Below, piece by piece: positions 60,678-64,000 of a stretch of 64,000 bases of DNA. Each line of letters begins with the position of its first letter. Position 1 is the first letter of the stretch. Under the pieces are notes generated by a model. It had not been told where the DNA came from. It worked only from the letters and a program-made list of their open reading frames with translations, and made no database searches. This DNA comes from an uncultured Erysipelotrichaceae bacterium (GTDB lineage: Bacteria; Bacillota_I; Bacilli_A; RF39; UBA660). The stretch is from positions 143,251-207,250 of the forward strand of contig CACYLI010000001.1 of NCBI GenBank assembly GCA_902775285.1, written 5' to 3'. Both the position numbers and the translations under genes were made by a program.

Positions 60678-61426
60678 TATTTATCACTCCCTATAAAACT
60701 CTTTAAAACATTAATTGTTTGATTTAATCTTTCTAAATAAGCATAATGAGTACATCCCTCATATGTTACAAGTCCACAATTAGGTATTTCTTTTTCTAAA
60801 AATAAAGCATCATCATAACTAACAGCATTATCATTAGTACCCCATATCAATAATGTAGGACATTTAATATTCTTAACTTCGTTACTTAAATCTAAATTAA
60901 CATGTTTAACTAATATTTTTCTCATCATTTCAGATGCATTTTTATAATCAGTTGAACCCATATGTTTTTTTGCTATTTCTTCAAATGGTTTTAATATTTT
61001 AATCTTTTTAATACTTTTAAATAATTTCATTTTAAAAGTATCTTTTTTAATATTTTGTTTAAAAGGACTAGCAAGTAATACTATTTTATTAACTTTATAT
61101 TTTAAAGCATATGCAATTGATACTTTTCCTCCAAATGAATGTCCAATTAAAATAGGATTATTTATTTTTAAAGAACTAATAATTTTATTAACACACTCAG
61201 CATAATCATAAATACTATATACTTCTTTTGGTTCACTTGAAAGACCAAATCCAGGTAAATCAATAACCAAAACATTATATTTTTTAGTAAATGGTTTAGC
61301 TATAGGCATCATCATTTGAATATTTTGTCCCCAACCATGTAAAAAAATTAATGACACTTTAGAATCATTATCATAAAAATCATAATTTACTTCACAATCT
61401 TTATAAATAAACTGCATTGCTTTCAC
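60677..61426 (-). CDS. alpha/beta-fold hydrolase
   Basis: 249 aa. HGWGQN, nucleophile elbow GHSFGG, C-terminal His context (GCTHYAYLE). Confidence 0.8.
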   Translation of the reverse strand: MKAMQFIYKDCEVNYDFYDNDSKVSLIFLHGWGQNIQMMMPIAKPFTKKYNVLVIDLPGFGLSSEPKEVYSIYDYAECVNKIISSLKINNPILIGHSFGGKVSIAYALKYKVNKIVLLASPFKQNIKKDTFKMKLFKSIKKIKILKPFEEIAKKHMGSTDYKNASEMMRKILVKHVNLDLSNEVKNIKCPTLLIWGTNDNAVSYDDALFLEKEIPNCGLVTYEGCTHYAYLERLNQTINVLKSFIGSDK

Positions 61427-61461
61427 CTACTTAATTATATCATAAAAACCATTATTTAGAA

Positions 61462-63240
61462 TTATTTATTTAATATCATACTAGCATCTCTTTTAGCTAT
61501 ATATTCATCATAATTATTATAATCTCTGTGATTATATGATTCAGCTTTAAATTCTTGAACTAATTTACTATTGCCATATGTTTTTTCAATAAAATCAAAT
61601 ACCCATTCGGTCTTAATAGGAGAAGATAATAATTTTCTTAACACTTTTTTACTCAAAGAAGTTGTACAATACTTTTCAATATAATCTAAATCAAAATTAT
61701 TAGTATTACTATAAGCTTTATTCATAGCATTGATAATTATAGAATATGTATATTCTCCTTCACTAGAAAAAGCAATCTTTTCATTATCAAAAGCATTAGC
61801 CCAATTATATGCAAAAAATGCTAAATACTTAGTAACATAATTATCAATTTTAAAAAACATTTTTTTGTCAACTACATTCAAATTATAATCATGTTCTCCA
61901 TCTAATTTATTATAAACCCCATATTTATCATATATCTTTTTTAAATCAGATAATTTTAATTTAGATCTATCAACTGGTATTAATAAAGGTTTTATTGAAG
62001 AAGTATAATCTAACTCTCTATAATCATTTAATAAATTATATCCTACTTTTAATAATCTTTTTTGAATACCACAAAATATAATTCTTTTATCTAAAACAGA
62101 TTTTTTATTAATATTAAAGTATTTACCACTTAACATATTAGATAAATAATCAAGCAACTCTTCTGTATTAAATGATGGATATTTTAAATCAAATAATCTA
62201 CTATATACAATTTTACTTTGTAATGAAGAAGTTATTACAACACTTGGAGAACCAAGTAATGTTATCATTCCACTATTAGATACATATATTTTATCTCTTC
62301 TAAAATAATCATCTTTAACAAGTGAAATAAACTGTCTTTCTTTTTCTAAATTATCATATTCACCTTGTAAACTATATTTTAAAAAATCAAGTTCACTTTC
62401 ATTCATATTAATCATTTTAGATATTAAAGATTTAATTTCATTTTTTATTTTAGAATCAGAACCTATATCTAACATTAACTCAGTAACATATTTTTCTTTT
62501 TGTAAACTATCCAAAGTTTTAATATGAGGAATAACAATATTTATAACCATATCTTTATATATATGAATTAATTTTTTTTCATATAACTCATGATCAGCTT
62601 GTATATTATCATTTTTATCTAATATTCTAATAAATAAAGTATTTAATTCACTTAACTTAGCATTTAATCTATCATAATAATCTCGATTTCTAGAAATTCT
62701 ATTTAATTTATTAACAATTATTTCACTATTATTAAAATATGAATCACAAATTACTTTATTTCCAAATGTAGTTCTAATAATTTTAGCTGCTATTTTTAAA
62801 TCATTATAACTTTCTAAAAACTTATTTTCTACATAACCACAAATATCATCAGTTAACATTTGTGTAATTCCCTCATTTAATCCAGCTGTAGATGCACTAT
62901 CACACTTAGGAATTCCACATTTATCTTCATTTGTTGAAGCAGCATGTAATAATTCATGAATTAAAGTATGTTTTTGATCATCTCTACATCCATTTACAAA
63001 TGTTACTAATCTGTGACTTCTATCTAATCTAACATAATTTAAATTCATATGAATACTACGTGTTGGAATATTAAAATACATTGGATTATAACTTTTCATC
63101 TCATCACTAACAAAAACATTACTAATATTATTCATATTTCTAGTTATATAATTAGAATTCATTCCATACAAAAAAGAACATCTACTAGATATTAGACTAA
63201 TATATTTACTTAATATTCTTTTAGATACTCTAATCTGCAT
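61462..63240 (-). CDS. hypothetical cytoplasmic zincin-like protein (HExxH ... NEG) with long helical C-terminal region
   Basis: 592 aa. TLIHELLHAASTNEDKCGIPKCDSASTAGLNEGITQML (HExxH, Glu 24 residues after the second His in a G-x-NE-G-x-T context like gluzincins). No signal peptide. Confidence 0.5.
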   Translation of the reverse strand: MQIRVSKRILSKYISLISSRCSFLYGMNSNYITRNMNNISNVFVSDEMKSYNPMYFNIPTRSIHMNLNYVRLDRSHRLVTFVNGCRDDQKHTLIHELLHAASTNEDKCGIPKCDSASTAGLNEGITQMLTDDICGYVENKFLESYNDLKIAAKIIRTTFGNKVICDSYFNNSEIIVNKLNRISRNRDYYDRLNAKLSELNTLFIRILDKNDNIQADHELYEKKLIHIYKDMVINIVIPHIKTLDSLQKEKYVTELMLDIGSDSKIKNEIKSLISKMINMNESELDFLKYSLQGEYDNLEKERQFISLVKDDYFRRDKIYVSNSGMITLLGSPSVVITSSLQSKIVYSRLFDLKYPSFNTEELLDYLSNMLSGKYFNINKKSVLDKRIIFCGIQKRLLKVGYNLLNDYRELDYTSSIKPLLIPVDRSKLKLSDLKKIYDKYGVYNKLDGEHDYNLNVVDKKMFFKIDNYVTKYLAFFAYNWANAFDNEKIAFSSEGEYTYSIIINAMNKAYSNTNNFDLDYIEKYCTTSLSKKVLRKLLSSPIKTEWVFDFIEKTYGNSKLVQEFKAESYNHRDYNNYDEYIAKRDASMILNK

Positions 63241-63409
63241 TATTAACTAGTTCATTTCTTAATTCTTGTTGTATATCTTCACTTAATTCTGTATAAAAAA
63301 CACTATCACCATCTTCTATTACTTGTGAAAAAACATCTATACCTTTTTCATTTAAAAAATGAGCTAATTTTCCATATTTTTCTGTTTCAATATAATCAAC
63401 TAGAATCAT
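63230..63409 (-). CDS. small acidic protein (59 aa) translationally coupled to the zincin-like gene
   Basis: Below the ORF-track cutoff. GGAGAAAAAG RBS then ATG 63409. Translation MILVDYIETEKYGKLAHFLNEKGIDVFSQVIEDGDSVFYTELSEDIQQELRNELVNNAD. Its last 11 nt overlap the start of the 592-aa gene. Confidence 0.45.
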   Translation of the reverse strand: MILVDYIETEKYGKLAHFLNEKGIDVFSQVIEDGDSVFYTELSEDIQQELRNELVNNAD

Positions 63410-63489
63410 ACTTTTTCTCCTTTAGTAATATTATATCTAAATAATTTCTATATTCAAGAAAAGATATTTAATTTTACAAAAAAGAAGTA

Positions 63490-64000
63490 CTATAAATACT
63501 TCTTTAATTCACTTTCAAATTCATTTTTAATACTCTCTAATCTTTCACTTGTAGTAGCTTCAAATCTTAAAGTAATATTAGGTCCTGTATTAGATGCTCT
63601 AACTAAAGCAAAACCATCTTCAAACTTAGCTTTAACGCCATCAATTGTTATATAATTATAATTCATTTTATCACAATAATCTTTAATCTTATTAACAATA
63701 TCAAATTTAGTATCATCAGTTACTTGTATTTTAATTTCAGGAGTAGAATAATACTTGACTATTTCATCTAAAAATTCACTAAGTTTTTTATTAGTATGTG
63801 ATAACATTTCTATTAATCTGAGGCCAACATATATACCATCATCATATCCCGGAAATTTATCTCTAAAATATACATGTCCAGATAACTCTCCACTTAAAGG
63901 ATAATCTCCTTCACTTGAAGCTGCTCTTGTATATGAATTACCAGTTCTATATTCAATTGGTTTAACACCAATTTTTAACAATTCATCTTCAAGTGCTTTA
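63490..64000 (-). CDS. alpha-D-phosphohexomutase (phosphoglucomutase/phosphomannomutase type), 3' part; 5' end beyond window
   Basis: GELSGHVYFRDKFPGYDDGIYVGLRLIEML (domain III sugar-binding loop) and C-terminal RASNTGPNITLRFEA. The reading frame is open to the window edge. Confidence 0.8.
   Translation of the reverse strand, partial: KALEDELLKIGVKPIEYRTGNSYTRAASSEGDYPLSGELSGHVYFRDKFPGYDDGIYVGLRLIEMLSHTNKKLSEFLDEIVKYYSTPEIKIQVTDDTKFDIVNKIKDYCDKMNYNYITIDGVKAKFEDGFALVRASNTGPNITLRFEATTSERLESIKNEFESELKKYL

Overview
Very AT-rich chromosomal segment (about three quarters A+T by eye) that uses the standard code: long ORFs stay intact with TGA as stop. It looks like a low-GC, spore-forming Firmicute, because cse60, a cotJ operon, a CIRCE operator and Bacillus-like rplI-dnaB and ychF-DUF951-parB-parA blocks are present. 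About 60 credible genes, mostly on the minus strand. Core content: dnaB/rplI; a membrane GGDEF protein; two tRNAs (Gly-UCC, Asn-GUU) with near-consensus promoters; an amino-acid ABC transporter; a complete arginine deiminase operon (arcA-arcB-arcC plus a YfcC-type transporter); cell-wall genes (murE, murI, ddl, murF, PBP1A, sortase B); phosphoketolase; tsaE; mscL; parAB; ychF; two paralogous LysR regulators; a sirtuin and a ZIP transporter. The clearest accessory region is a ~4.5 kb islet just 3' of tRNA-Gly (about 5.3-9.7 kb). It carries a complete large serine recombinase behind a leader-peptide/terminator structure, a 274-bp non-coding tract packed with palindromes and direct repeats, a Nudix hydrolase and a 363-aa orphan. 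The orphan's C-terminus carries an Rx4H (HEPN-like) motif, which makes this pair my best candidate for an uncharacterised defence/abortive-infection-type module. Other uncharacterised loci: (i) two overlapping paralogous coiled-coil + CxH...CxxC genes divergent from a LysR regulator (52.5-54.1 kb); (ii) a 592-aa cytoplasmic HExxH...NEG zincin translationally coupled to a 59-aa acidic protein (61.5-63.4 kb); (iii) a 694-aa orphan co-transcribed with a Ca2+/Na+ antiporter (44.2-47.3 kb); (iv) an AMP-ligase / E2-like acyltransferase (DERxxDG instead of DHRxxDG) / FAD-protein operon (40.1-44.2 kb); (v) a MurF with a polytopic membrane N-terminus; (vi) a C92-type amidase gene interrupted by one in-frame TAA. 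No CRISPR array, rRNA, IS element or phage structural genes were recognised. All functional calls rest on motif recognition by eye; no database search was possible.
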